Of a stretch of DNA of 24,000 nt, positions 15,647 through 23,161 are shown one piece after another; position 1 is the first letter of the stretch, and every line of letters begins with the position of its first letter. The position numbers and the translations under genes were made by a program. This stretch comes from Aeromonas phage avDM12-TAAL. The stretch is from sequence record OP380604.1. One strand, written 5' to 3'. The notes beneath the pieces were generated by a model that was not told the origin of the DNA, made no database searches, and saw only the letters and a list, made by a program, of their open reading frames with translations.

Positions 15647-17780
15647 GATTCTGGCGAGTGCAAAAGCATTCAAGATTCTGTCCAGCTCTTTGTACAAATA
15701 CAAGCAACGTGCGATCATTCGTGAACTATGTTGCAACGCCGTAGATGGCCACATCGCTCTGAAACGAACTGGCGTAGAAGTTAGCAAGACTTTCGACGTC
15801 ACTCTGCCGAGCATGTTGAATCAACAATTCAGCGTCCGTGATTACGGTATTGGTCTGAGTGAGGAAGATGTTACCGGACTTTACTGCACTTACTTTGCAA
15901 GTACCAAGTCCAACAGCAACGACGAAATTGGTGGTTTCGGTCTGGGATGTAAATCTCCGTTTGCATACACTGATACTTTCACCGTTACTTCTTGGTTCGG
16001 TGGAAAGAAAATGATTTTCAGCGCATTCATGAAAAACGGCGAGCCGAATATCATGAAAATGTATGAGGAAGATTCTTCCGAACACACTGGCGTTGAAGTT
16101 ACTGTTCCCGTGTCTAACGACATGAATACTTGGGAAGCAGAAGCCAAGCGCGTATTCTGTTCGTTTGGTGAGTATCGTCCTCGTTTCATTGGCAAGCCGA
16201 TCACTGTAAACTACCTTGAGTTTGACAAAGACGGTATTTGTAAGATTGACGGCAATTACTACTCACAACACGGCAACGGTGTATTCGCTGTTATGGGTGG
16301 TGTAGTGTATCCGATTCCGGCTGAATACTGGAACAACACCATGATTGGGTTGTATGCCGCTCGTAAGACCTATTATGTTCGCTTTGAAATTGGCGAACTG
16401 GATATGACTCCGAGCCGTGAAGAACTATCATTGGATCCGGACACCATCGCGTCAATCAATAAGCGGATGAAACTTTTGAACAAAGTTCACGAGGTAGAGA
16501 TTGACGACGCATTCAAAAAATGCAAAGATATTCGTGAGCTGCATTCACACATGATGGGAAGATTCCCAAGCGAAGTGTGGCAACGTATGATTCAAAAGCG
16601 TGTGTTTCGCAAGAAAACTATCGAGCAGTGGAAAGCACAACTGAGTTCATATACTCGTCCTAATGCGGATGTTCCTATCGTTCGTGCGAGTGTCGGTGCG
16701 GGTACCGTTCGCAAAGTTAAACAGCGTTGGTCAAACGGCGTAGATATTAGCTTTGGCTCAAGTTTCCGTCCGGTGATCATCAACGATCTGAAAACTGGTG
16801 CTGCCGAAGTTATGTACGGACTTGATCGTCTGAACAAATTCCGAGTTGAAGGTGCATTCGTTTTTGATGTATTCTCCAACGTAAAAGTTGACGAGAAAGA
16901 TCCGAAAAGCACTACCGTTGGTAAAGCGAATCGCGAAAACATGGTAGAGTACCTGAAATATTTCCCGACTCGAATGAAAGACGGTAAAGTCATTCTGTTG
17001 TCTAAAGTACGTGCGGAAGTTCTGAAAGAAATGAAGGACAAAGGCTTTATTCAGCCTAAGAAGCGTACCGGTAAGGCAACTAACGTTGTAAAATACGAGA
17101 ACGGCGTTACATCCGAAGTCCAGATGTATGTCGAAGATATCGATGATCTGAAAGATGTTATCTGGTGTGCCCATGAATATGGATATCTCAAGATTGCAAC
17201 TCCGACGATCACTACCGAGACTCTGAAAAACGGCAAGACTCGCGAAAAGTACGATAACTGGAAAACTGTTACCACGTTCAATGATCGAATCATTAAAACT
17301 TGGTCTAAACTGGAAGGTAAAACTGTTTATGTTTTCAAGTCCCAACACTGGGCACGGGCAGATAAAAACAAGAATATCGAGCAGTTTAACGAGTCCATGG
17401 TTACCGATTATGTCGTGGATCAGATGGACAAAGTCACTATGGATCACTTCGGCGTTACTGTGAATGAGCGTTGGATCAACCGTTTGGCATCTAACCCAAT
17501 CACTAAGCCGTTGACTGACGATCTGTGTGGTCATAATGGTCAACGTAGCGATATCGGTGAATTCCTGCTGTTGGTTCGTGATTCTCGTTCCGACTTGAAA
17601 GACGCCAAACAACGCACTCTTAACGAAGTGGTATCCAAACTCGTTAAGGAAGCAACTGACCGCGCTTATGCGAAAGTTCGCGAATTTGAGAAGAATAACC
17701 CTCTGATCATTGGGTATCTCAATCAGATCTATGACCTGAAAGATGCAATCGCTAAAAACATCGTAGAAGTCGCAAAATAA
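15582..17780 (+). CDS. rIIA: rIIA-like membrane integrity/lysis-inhibition protein with GHKL ATPase fold
   Basis: RELCCNAVDGH, VRDYGIGLSEEDV, STKSNSNDEIGGFGLGCKSPFAY; located before rIIB. Confidence 0.94.
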   Translation: MKIHQEQTEIYGSAADQSSGFKILASAKAFKILSSSLYKYKQRAIIRELCCNAVDGHIALKRTGVEVSKTFDVTLPSMLNQQFSVRDYGIGLSEEDVTGLYCTYFASTKSNSNDEIGGFGLGCKSPFAYTDTFTVTSWFGGKKMIFSAFMKNGEPNIMKMYEEDSSEHTGVEVTVPVSNDMNTWEAEAKRVFCSFGEYRPRFIGKPITVNYLEFDKDGICKIDGNYYSQHGNGVFAVMGGVVYPIPAEYWNNTMIGLYAARKTYYVRFEIGELDMTPSREELSLDPDTIASINKRMKLLNKVHEVEIDDAFKKCKDIRELHSHMMGRFPSEVWQRMIQKRVFRKKTIEQWKAQLSSYTRPNADVPIVRASVGAGTVRKVKQRWSNGVDISFGSSFRPVIINDLKTGAAEVMYGLDRLNKFRVEGAFVFDVFSNVKVDEKDPKSTTVGKANRENMVEYLKYFPTRMKDGKVILLSKVRAEVLKEMKDKGFIQPKKRTGKATNVVKYENGVTSEVQMYVEDIDDLKDVIWCAHEYGYLKIATPTITTETLKNGKTREKYDNWKTVTTFNDRIIKTWSKLEGKTVYVFKSQHWARADKNKNIEQFNESMVTDYVVDQMDKVTMDHFGVTVNERWINRLASNPITKPLTDDLCGHNGQRSDIGEFLLLVRDSRSDLKDAKQRTLNEVVSKLVKEATDRAYAKVREFEKNNPLIIGYLNQIYDLKDAIAKNIVEVAK

Positions 17781-17783
17781 TAG

Positions 17784-17812
17784 TTGACATGGCGCTATCG
17801 ACATGAGACAAT
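17784..17812 (+). promoter_or_regulatory. sigma70-type promoter TTGACA-17-GACAAT upstream of rIIB
   Basis: Consensus -35, 17-nt spacer; begins 4 nt after the rIIA stop. Confidence 0.6.
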
Positions 17813-17822
17813 AGCGCCATGT
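17787..17822 (+). repeat. 12-bp perfect inverted repeat ACATGGCGCTAT-N12-ATAGCGCCATGT spanning the rIIB promoter core
   Basis: Direct base-by-base check; -10 candidate spans loop and right arm. Confidence 0.85.
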
Positions 17823-17838
17823 TGTTGAGAAAGAGATA

Positions 17839-17889
17839 ATGTTTATTATGAAACCAAAAAGCGTTAAACTAATCAAACCTGACAAATGA
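17839..17889 (+). other. candidate 16-codon leader ORF (MFIMKPKSVKLIKPDK) ending just before rIIB
   Basis: GAGA-rich purine stretch upstream; stops in ATGA overlap at 17886-17889. Confidence 0.3.
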
Positions 17890-17903
17890 AGGAAACTGTA
17901 AAA

Positions 17904-19220
17904 ATGGCTAAACTGACTGAACAACAAAAAGCACGTATTCTGGCTGGCACTCTGGGTCGTGTCGTACTCGCTCGCGAACTGGGTATCAAAGAATCCGAAG
18001 CTCGCAAAATGATCGAACTCGTTAAAGCTGAGGCCGAACGAGAAGCAAAACAGAAAACCGGTGGTGTGACTGAGGCAATGCGCCAAGAAATCGTCGCTGG
18101 TAAACTGGGTCGTGTGGCTCTGTCCAAGAAACTGGGCATCAAAGAGCACGAAGCGCGTAAGATCATTGAAGCAATTCGTTCCGAAAAGCCGAAAACTGCT
18201 GATGTTCAAAAGCCTGTTGCAAAAGTCGCACCGGTTGCACCGAAAGCAGAAGTAGAGAAGAAAGAGGATCATCTGGGTGCTCGATTTCGTGAAACCGACA
18301 AGCGAGCAGACGAGCGAGACGCCAAAATCGTTGAACTCTATTCAACCGGAGAGTACAAGTCACAAAAGACTGTTGCCGCGCTGGTTGGTTGCTCTGAAAG
18401 CACTGTTGGCGAAGTTCTGAAACGTGCTGGTGTAAAAGCTCGCCGTCCGGGGTCTCCTGCTGCTAAAGTTGAGCCGAAAGTTGAAGCTCCGAAAGAACTC
18501 AAGTGGTTCGCTTCTACCAAGTTCATCAACATCATGGCAGACGGCAAGACTTTCACCGCTGATAGCAGCCACGAAAGCTTCCGCAAGGCGCTGGATCTGT
18601 GTATCGCTGGTGATGTTCTGAAAGCTCTGGGACTGATCAACGTTGCTAAGGGTGTTAGCTCTTATGCTGGTACCAATATCGAGATCAAAAACGATACTGT
18701 GTATTTCAAAGGCATGGAAGTTGGCAACTCTGTTGTTGAACGTATCATCCAGTCCATGCACGAAGGCAAGCCGTTCGAAAAGTGGGTACGTTTCCTTGAG
18801 AAGCTGCTGGCTAACCCGAACAAGCGAGTTGTTGGTGAACTGTTCAAGTTCCTGGAAGCAAAAGATATCGTCGTAAACGATAAAGGTGATGTTGTTGCTT
18901 ACCGTCGTGTTCGTAACGACTACAAAGATTTCCACTCTGGGACTGTACTCTACAAAGTCGGCACAGAAGTCAAGATGGATCGATCTAAGTGTGACGAAAG
19001 TTCCGCAACCTGTTCTCGTGGTCTGCACCTGTGTAGCAAAGGATATCTGCCTCACTTTCACGGCGGTAGCGGGAAGATTCTGGAATGTACTGTTAGCCCA
19101 ACTGACATTGTATCTATTCCGGCTGACTACGGCTCCTCTAAGATGCGTACTTGTAAGATGTTCGTTCTCCGAGAAATGACCGAAGCACAAGTAAAAGCAC
19201 TGATTGGAAACAAGAACTAA
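17904..19220 (+). CDS. rIIB: rIIB-like protein; start ATG 17904 preferred over 17886
   Basis: KWFASTKFINIMADGKTFTADSSHESF...ALGLINVAKGV, FLEAKDIVVNDKGDVVAYRRVRNDYKDFHSGT, CSRGLHLCSKGYL; AAGGA ~10 nt before ATG 17904. Confidence 0.93.
   Translation: MAKLTEQQKARILAGTLGRVVLARELGIKESEARKMIELVKAEAEREAKQKTGGVTEAMRQEIVAGKLGRVALSKKLGIKEHEARKIIEAIRSEKPKTADVQKPVAKVAPVAPKAEVEKKEDHLGARFRETDKRADERDAKIVELYSTGEYKSQKTVAALVGCSESTVGEVLKRAGVKARRPGSPAAKVEPKVEAPKELKWFASTKFINIMADGKTFTADSSHESFRKALDLCIAGDVLKALGLINVAKGVSSYAGTNIEIKNDTVYFKGMEVGNSVVERIIQSMHEGKPFEKWVRFLEKLLANPNKRVVGELFKFLEAKDIVVNDKGDVVAYRRVRNDYKDFHSGTVLYKVGTEVKMDRSKCDESSATCSRGLHLCSKGYLPHFHGGSGKILECTVSPTDIVSIPADYGSSKMRTCKMFVLREMTEAQVKALIGNKN
17913..18185 (+). 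repeat. tandem duplicated HTH-like segment in the rIIB N-terminus
   Basis: LTEQQKARILAGTLGRVVLARELGIKESEARKMIELV vs VTEAMRQEIVAGKLGRVALSKKLGIKEHEARKIIEAI. Confidence 0.8.
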
Positions 19221-19225
19221 TCACT

Positions 19226-19251
19226 AAAAGCCACCTTCGGGTGGCTTTTTT
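19226..19251 (+). terminator. intrinsic terminator after rIIB (AAAAGCCACC-TTCG-GGTGGCTTTTTT)
   Basis: 10-bp stem with UUCG loop and T-run. Confidence 0.92.
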
Positions 19252-19265
19252 ATTTCCAAAATTGC

Positions 19266-19293
19266 TTGCTAACTAAATCCAATCCAGTATACT
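19266..19293 (+). promoter_or_regulatory. sigma70-like promoter TTGCTA-16-TATACT upstream of the Nudix gene
   Basis: Near-consensus hexamers, immediately after the rIIB terminator. Confidence 0.6.
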
Positions 19294-19322
19294 AAGTTCA
19301 CACCAACAAGAGGTATAAAGTA

Positions 19323-19880
19323 ATGAAAAAGTTCAATGACTGCATCGAAGTAGAATCCGGCGCTCGTGGCAAATCCGACGCGGCTTTCGTATGCTTCTAC
19401 TGTGATAAAGTGCAGCCGTATATCAACTCCACGGACCCTTCTTTCCCAGAAGACAAGAAACACGTTTGGGCTCATAAAATTCTGCTGAACGTTCGCTGGG
19501 ATTCTCGCTTTGGCTTCCCCGGTGGTATGGTAGATGAAGGTGAGACTTTGATTGAAGCAGCGGTGCGTGAGTGCAAAGAAGAAATCGGATACACTGTTAA
19601 TCCTGATCATCTTCTGCATCTTTGCACTCACAAGATCCCAGAAAGCGGTATGCATTGCCACCTGTACATGTGTCGCGTTCCTGAGGAAGAGCTGTACACT
19701 ATGCAGCGACTCGCTATGGATGCTTGCCATAGTCGGATTGAAGCGTTTGGCAACGCGGTGGCTCATTTGACTCCTCCTACCGTAAAGCAAATGAAACATG
19801 CAAACTGTGCCCGTACTGTAAAAGCAGAACTCATGGAAGTATTTGATTTCCTGGGCGTTGACTATGACTGGAGCAACTGA
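19323..19880 (+). CDS. Nudix hydrolase
   Basis: Nudix box GGMVDEGETLIEAAVRECKEEIGY (Gx5Ex7REUxEExGU); preceded by RWDSRFGFPGG. Confidence 0.93.
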   Translation: MKKFNDCIEVESGARGKSDAAFVCFYCDKVQPYINSTDPSFPEDKKHVWAHKILLNVRWDSRFGFPGGMVDEGETLIEAAVRECKEEIGYTVNPDHLLHLCTHKIPESGMHCHLYMCRVPEEELYTMQRLAMDACHSRIEAFGNAVAHLTPPTVKQMKHANCARTVKAELMEVFDFLGVDYDWSN

Positions 19881-19881
19881 T

Positions 19882-20097
19882 ATGAAAATCACTGTTCCAC
19901 ATATGTACGATCTGATCCGAGCGTCTATTCAACAAACAAATGATAGCTATCGTTTCGGACAAGCGTTGTTCAATAATCTGCCACAAGAACTAGCAGATTC
20001 AATTCGTGGTACCGATAAAGACTTCTTTTATTGGGACAATAAGCGTCAACAAGAGATCATTCAATACTGTTATGATCATATGACGCTTCCAAAGTAA
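19882..20097 (+). CDS. hypothetical protein, 71 aa (start revised to ATG 19882)
   Basis: ATG 2 nt after the Nudix stop. Confidence 0.7.
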   Translation: MKITVPHMYDLIRASIQQTNDSYRFGQALFNNLPQELADSIRGTDKDFFYWDNKRQQEIIQYCYDHMTLPK

Positions 20098-20107
20098 TAG
20101 GAAAGCG

Positions 20108-20169
20108 TTGGAGCGATTCTGTATGATATAGCAATACAATGTTATAGCTATCATATGGGATCGCTCCAA
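20108..20169 (+). ncRNA. extended imperfect hairpin in a noncoding gap (possible ncRNA or UTR element)
   Basis: Outer perfect 10-bp stem TTGGAGCGAT/ATCGCTCCAA; inner 7-bp TATGATA (20122-20128)/TATCATA (20149-20155) continuing through GC/GC with a small bulge. Confidence 0.5.
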
Positions 20170-20223
20170 ATCATTTCCAAGTAGATTGTCGAAGACTGCG
20201 GCATAGCCGCTAGTTAATTGAGA

Positions 20224-20274
20224 AAGACAAAATAAAATCTCTTATAATACTTTAATGAGAATCTATTTTGTCTT
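20224..20274 (+). repeat. inverted repeat AAGACAAAATA-N29-TATTTTGTCTT in the noncoding gap
   Basis: 11-bp perfect arms, short inner TCTC/GAGA pairing. Confidence 0.7.
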
Positions 20275-20368
20275 CCTTAAGGTAATCAATAAGTTAGCTC
20301 ACTACGTTCGCAATCTTGCGATCATCGATTTCTGGAGCCGATTAGTTAATAGTCAATTCGATTGCCTA

Positions 20369-20396
20369 TTGACACTATCATTCAACTATGTAATAC
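20369..20396 (+). promoter_or_regulatory. sigma70-like promoter TTGACA-16-TAATAC (or 17-AATACT) upstream of the 170-aa ORF
   Basis: Perfect -35, plausible -10, about 30 nt before the ORF. Confidence 0.65.
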
Positions 20397-20427
20397 TGGT
20401 ACCACTTCTTAACAAAAGGTAAATGAA

Positions 20428-20940
20428 ATGAAAACTAAAATGTATATCGGTAATCTTGGTAGTCGTTATACCTACATCGGTTCACTGTTTCCGAACAAAG
20501 AGGGTATCATTGAGTTCAAGAATTGCCAAAATGAAAAAATTGGCAGTGTGAATCACGATCTGACTACTCCAGGTTTCTATCTGATTGGCGTTTCTGCTGA
20601 GTCAACTCTTACTCTTGAGATCGCTACCGTGAACCACGTCGGTATTCAGAAACGTAAGTCCGGTTTCAAAGAAATCCTGTCTCGACTGAACAATCCTCGT
20701 ACCGAACAAAACAAAGCTCTGGGAGATTTTCTGTGTAAACGTGCTACCGATATCTTCAATAATCAACGTCTGATTCGTGCTTTGCGTGAGGTTAACGCTC
20801 GCCATCGTGTATACTTCATGACTTATGCGCAAATGCGAGATCTACTGGGAATCGAAGAATACAGCGCCAAAAACAACGGACTGGCTATGATTACCGAGCT
20901 GCGCACCAAATATGAATTCTTCGGCCGTCAGAAATCCTAG
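20428..20940 (+). CDS. hypothetical protein, 170 aa
   Basis: ATG with AAAAGGT upstream and own promoter; no family recognised. Confidence 0.85.
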   Translation: MKTKMYIGNLGSRYTYIGSLFPNKEGIIEFKNCQNEKIGSVNHDLTTPGFYLIGVSAESTLTLEIATVNHVGIQKRKSGFKEILSRLNNPRTEQNKALGDFLCKRATDIFNNQRLIRALREVNARHRVYFMTYAQMRDLLGIEEYSAKNNGLAMITELRTKYEFFGRQKS

Positions 20941-20942
20941 TG

Positions 20943-20970
20943 TTGACTATTTCAGGCAGTTGTGTATAAT
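20943..20970 (+). promoter_or_regulatory. sigma70-like promoter TTGACT-16-TATAAT upstream of gene 52
   Basis: Perfect -10; starts 3 nt after the upstream stop; -10 lies between arms CAGTTGTG (20957-20964) and CATAACTG (20973-20980). Confidence 0.78.
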
Positions 20971-20998
20971 GGCATAACTGTTTGAAAAGAGGTAAAGA

Positions 20999-22315
20999 AT
21001 GCAAGTAACAAAACGTGGAATCTCAAGTCTGGTAAACAATGAAGCTAAAGAATTTGCAATGTACACAATCGAGGAACGCGCTCTTCCGTCTATGATTGAC
21101 GGGTTGAAGCCAGTTCAACGATATGTGCTCTTTAGCGTATTGAAAAACGCCGGACGTGAGTTCAAGAAAAATGCCGCGATTGCTGGTGTTATTTCTGAAT
21201 ACGGATACAATCACGGCGAAATGGCTGCGATGGATGCCGCTTGTTTGATGGCTTCTACTTGGAACAACAACTTCCCTGTTATTCAGGGTCGTGGTAACTT
21301 CGGTTGTCGTGCTGTTCAAGAAGGCGCCGCGGCTCGTTACATCTTCTGTAGCAAACACGAAAAATTCGAATCTATGTTCAAGGACATGGAGTTGCTGGAA
21401 GAATCTACTGCCGACGGCTCTATTCTACCGCGTTATTATCTGCCGATTCTGCCAACTGTATTGCTTAACGGTGTTAGCGGTATCGCTACCGGCTTTGCCA
21501 CAAAGATCATGCCGCATAACGTTCAAAGTGTTGCAAAATGTGTTGAACAAGTGCTAAAATCTGGCAAGTGCGACGAACCCGAGATTCAATTTCCTAAATT
21601 CTTCGGTAAGATTCTGCCGATTGAAGGTGAAACTCAGTCTTGGAAAGTAGAAGGCGATTATGAGCTTAGTGGCAAAACTAAGTTGATTATCAATGAATTG
21701 CCTCCGAAGTATGATCGTTTGAAGTACGTCACACACCTCAACAAACTTGTTGAAACTGACAAGATTGTGGGTTATGATGAATCCAAGATGAAAGATCGAG
21801 AGTTTTGCTTTAAGGTAACACTCAAGCGTGATTTTGATGTTAGCCACGAAAACATCATCAAGGTGTTTAAGCTATCTCAGAACGTGAGTCAATATATCCG
21901 TGTTATCGATGAAAACGGCAATTTGAAGCCGTACGATAAGGCATCCGATCTGATTGTTGATTTCGTGAATTTTAGATTTAATGTCTTGCAAAAGCGAATC
22001 GACAATGCTATCATTGCCACACGTGAGAAACTTGATTTCGCACAAGCAAAGGTAGATTTCATCAAGCTAGTTCTGGCTGATAAGATTGTTTTCAATCGTC
22101 AGACTCGGAAACAGGTAATCGAACAGATCAATGCTTTCGATAATCTGAAAACCTATGCAGATCAACTGGTACAAATGAATCTGTACCATATGACCGAGGA
22201 CGAAGTATCCAAGCTTGAAAAGCAAGTTGTGGAGCTTCAAAAAGAACATGACTTCTGGAAGACAACTACTCCCAAGAAGCAATACCAATCTGATATTAAG
22301 GAATTTTTGAAATGA
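20999..22315 (+). CDS. 52: type II DNA topoisomerase medium subunit (T4 gp52-like)
   Basis: NNEAKEFAMYTIEERALPSMIDGLKPVQRYVLF, MASTWNNNFPVIQGRGNFGCRAVQEGAAARYIF, PTVLLNGVSGIATGFAT; catalytic Tyr in AARYIF context. Confidence 0.96.
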   Translation: MQVTKRGISSLVNNEAKEFAMYTIEERALPSMIDGLKPVQRYVLFSVLKNAGREFKKNAAIAGVISEYGYNHGEMAAMDAACLMASTWNNNFPVIQGRGNFGCRAVQEGAAARYIFCSKHEKFESMFKDMELLEESTADGSILPRYYLPILPTVLLNGVSGIATGFATKIMPHNVQSVAKCVEQVLKSGKCDEPEIQFPKFFGKILPIEGETQSWKVEGDYELSGKTKLIINELPPKYDRLKYVTHLNKLVETDKIVGYDESKMKDREFCFKVTLKRDFDVSHENIIKVFKLSQNVSQYIRVIDENGNLKPYDKASDLIVDFVNFRFNVLQKRIDNAIIATREKLDFAQAKVDFIKLVLADKIVFNRQTRKQVIEQINAFDNLKTYADQLVQMNLYHMTEDEVSKLEKQVVELQKEHDFWKTTTPKKQYQSDIKEFLK

Positions 22316-22590
22316 GTATTATTGCATTTTTTCTGAAAGCCAAGAAACGTGTTACCCGTCACCTGAACGGCGACGATGAACTGAATATCGGTCCTCGTGC
22401 CCTGACTGATATTGTTGGTCAACTGGAACAAAACGTGGTAGAGCTGCGTGAGCGTCAAGCTGCCGATATTGCTCAAGTTGAACAACTGGACAAGGATATC
22501 GCTGTTATCCAGAAGCGTCAAGCTAACAAGCGTCAAGATGCAGAACGCGCCGGTCGTATCGCTGACAAGTTCGCGGAGCTACTGAAATAA
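22312..22590 (+). CDS. hypothetical protein, 92 aa, predicted coiled-coil
   Basis: ATGA overlap with gene 52; heptad-like charged C-terminal half. Confidence 0.75.
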   Translation: MSIIAFFLKAKKRVTRHLNGDDELNIGPRALTDIVGQLEQNVVELRERQAADIAQVEQLDKDIAVIQKRQANKRQDAERAGRIADKFAELLK

Positions 22591-23012
22591 TGTTGCTTGC
22601 CACTCGATTGAATCGTGCTATGAAACAAGAGCGAATCGAGTGGCAATCATTGTGCCGTGGGTTTGGTGTGTTTGGCATAGTGATTGTCGCTTGTAACGTC
22701 CTCGCTATGTTCGTAGACGGTAAGACTGCTTGGGTACTGGGATTCAAAATCTGGTGTTCGCTATTCATGTTAGCGACGTTCATCAAATCATATCAGATTG
22801 AGTCCAAACGATATCTGATTGGAAACAAGTTCAAGCATATTCTGATTTTCGATTATCTCTGCCGTCTGTCCGACGCGAAAGAGATCTCGGATGAAGTTGC
22901 CGACAAGTTTGACAGAATGACTCCGCAGGAACGTGAAGAAATAAATAAGAAACTGAATATTCAGCTATTGCTTTCTTATTTGATTGCTGCTACAATCTTT
23001 TTATCGTTTTAA
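22590..23012 (+). CDS. predicted membrane protein, 140 aa
   Basis: Hydrophobic segments VFGIVIVACNVLAMFV, WCSLFMLATFI and LLLSYLIAATIFLSF; start overlaps the previous stop. Confidence 0.75.
   Translation: MLLATRLNRAMKQERIEWQSLCRGFGVFGIVIVACNVLAMFVDGKTAWVLGFKIWCSLFMLATFIKSYQIESKRYLIGNKFKHILIFDYLCRLSDAKEISDEVADKFDRMTPQEREEINKKLNIQLLLSYLIAATIFLSF
22968..22996 (+). promoter_or_regulatory. sigma70-like promoter TTGCTT-17-TACAAT near the end of the membrane-protein gene
   Basis: Near-consensus hexamers, 17-nt spacer, upstream of ATG 23025. Confidence 0.5.
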
Positions 23013-23024
23013 GAGGAACAAGAA

Positions 23025-23141
23025 ATGAATAACTTTGTTGCCAAACATGCTCGTGAGTTCAACAAAGCCACCGTTATGGTTGATCGCAAGAAAGAAGCCA
23101 AACGTGGCAAAGTGAAACACAAAAACAAATTCGATTATTGA
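23025..23141 (+). CDS. small basic protein, 38 aa (MNNFVAKHAREFNKATVMVDRKKEAKRGKVKHKNKFDY); below the ORF-track cutoff
   Basis: AAGAGGAAC before ATG; sequence looks like the short phage family with (Y/F)VAKHxRxFNKxxVxxDRKKxxKRGxxKHK pattern. Confidence 0.75.
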   Translation: MNNFVAKHAREFNKATVMVDRKKEAKRGKVKHKNKFDY

Positions 23142-23161
23142 TTGGATTGTGAGGTGAAGAA

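Noticed and set aside
16758-18272. 504-aa minus-strand ORF opposite rIIA/rIIB
   Set aside because: Length is notable, but it crosses rIIA, the rIIB promoter/hairpin and rIIB, with low-complexity F/S/L-rich sequence; parsimonious explanation is codon bias of the sense strand.
18360-19190. 276-aa minus-strand ORF opposite rIIB
   Set aside because: Antisense to conserved rIIB C-terminal region; no start signals or family.
20110-20170. Possible tRNA (7-bp GGAGCGA/TCGCTCC stem followed by A)
   Set aside because: Only ~57 nt between acceptor-like arms, no T-loop GTTCRA, no recognisable D or anticodon arms; kept only as a hairpin/ncRNA candidate.
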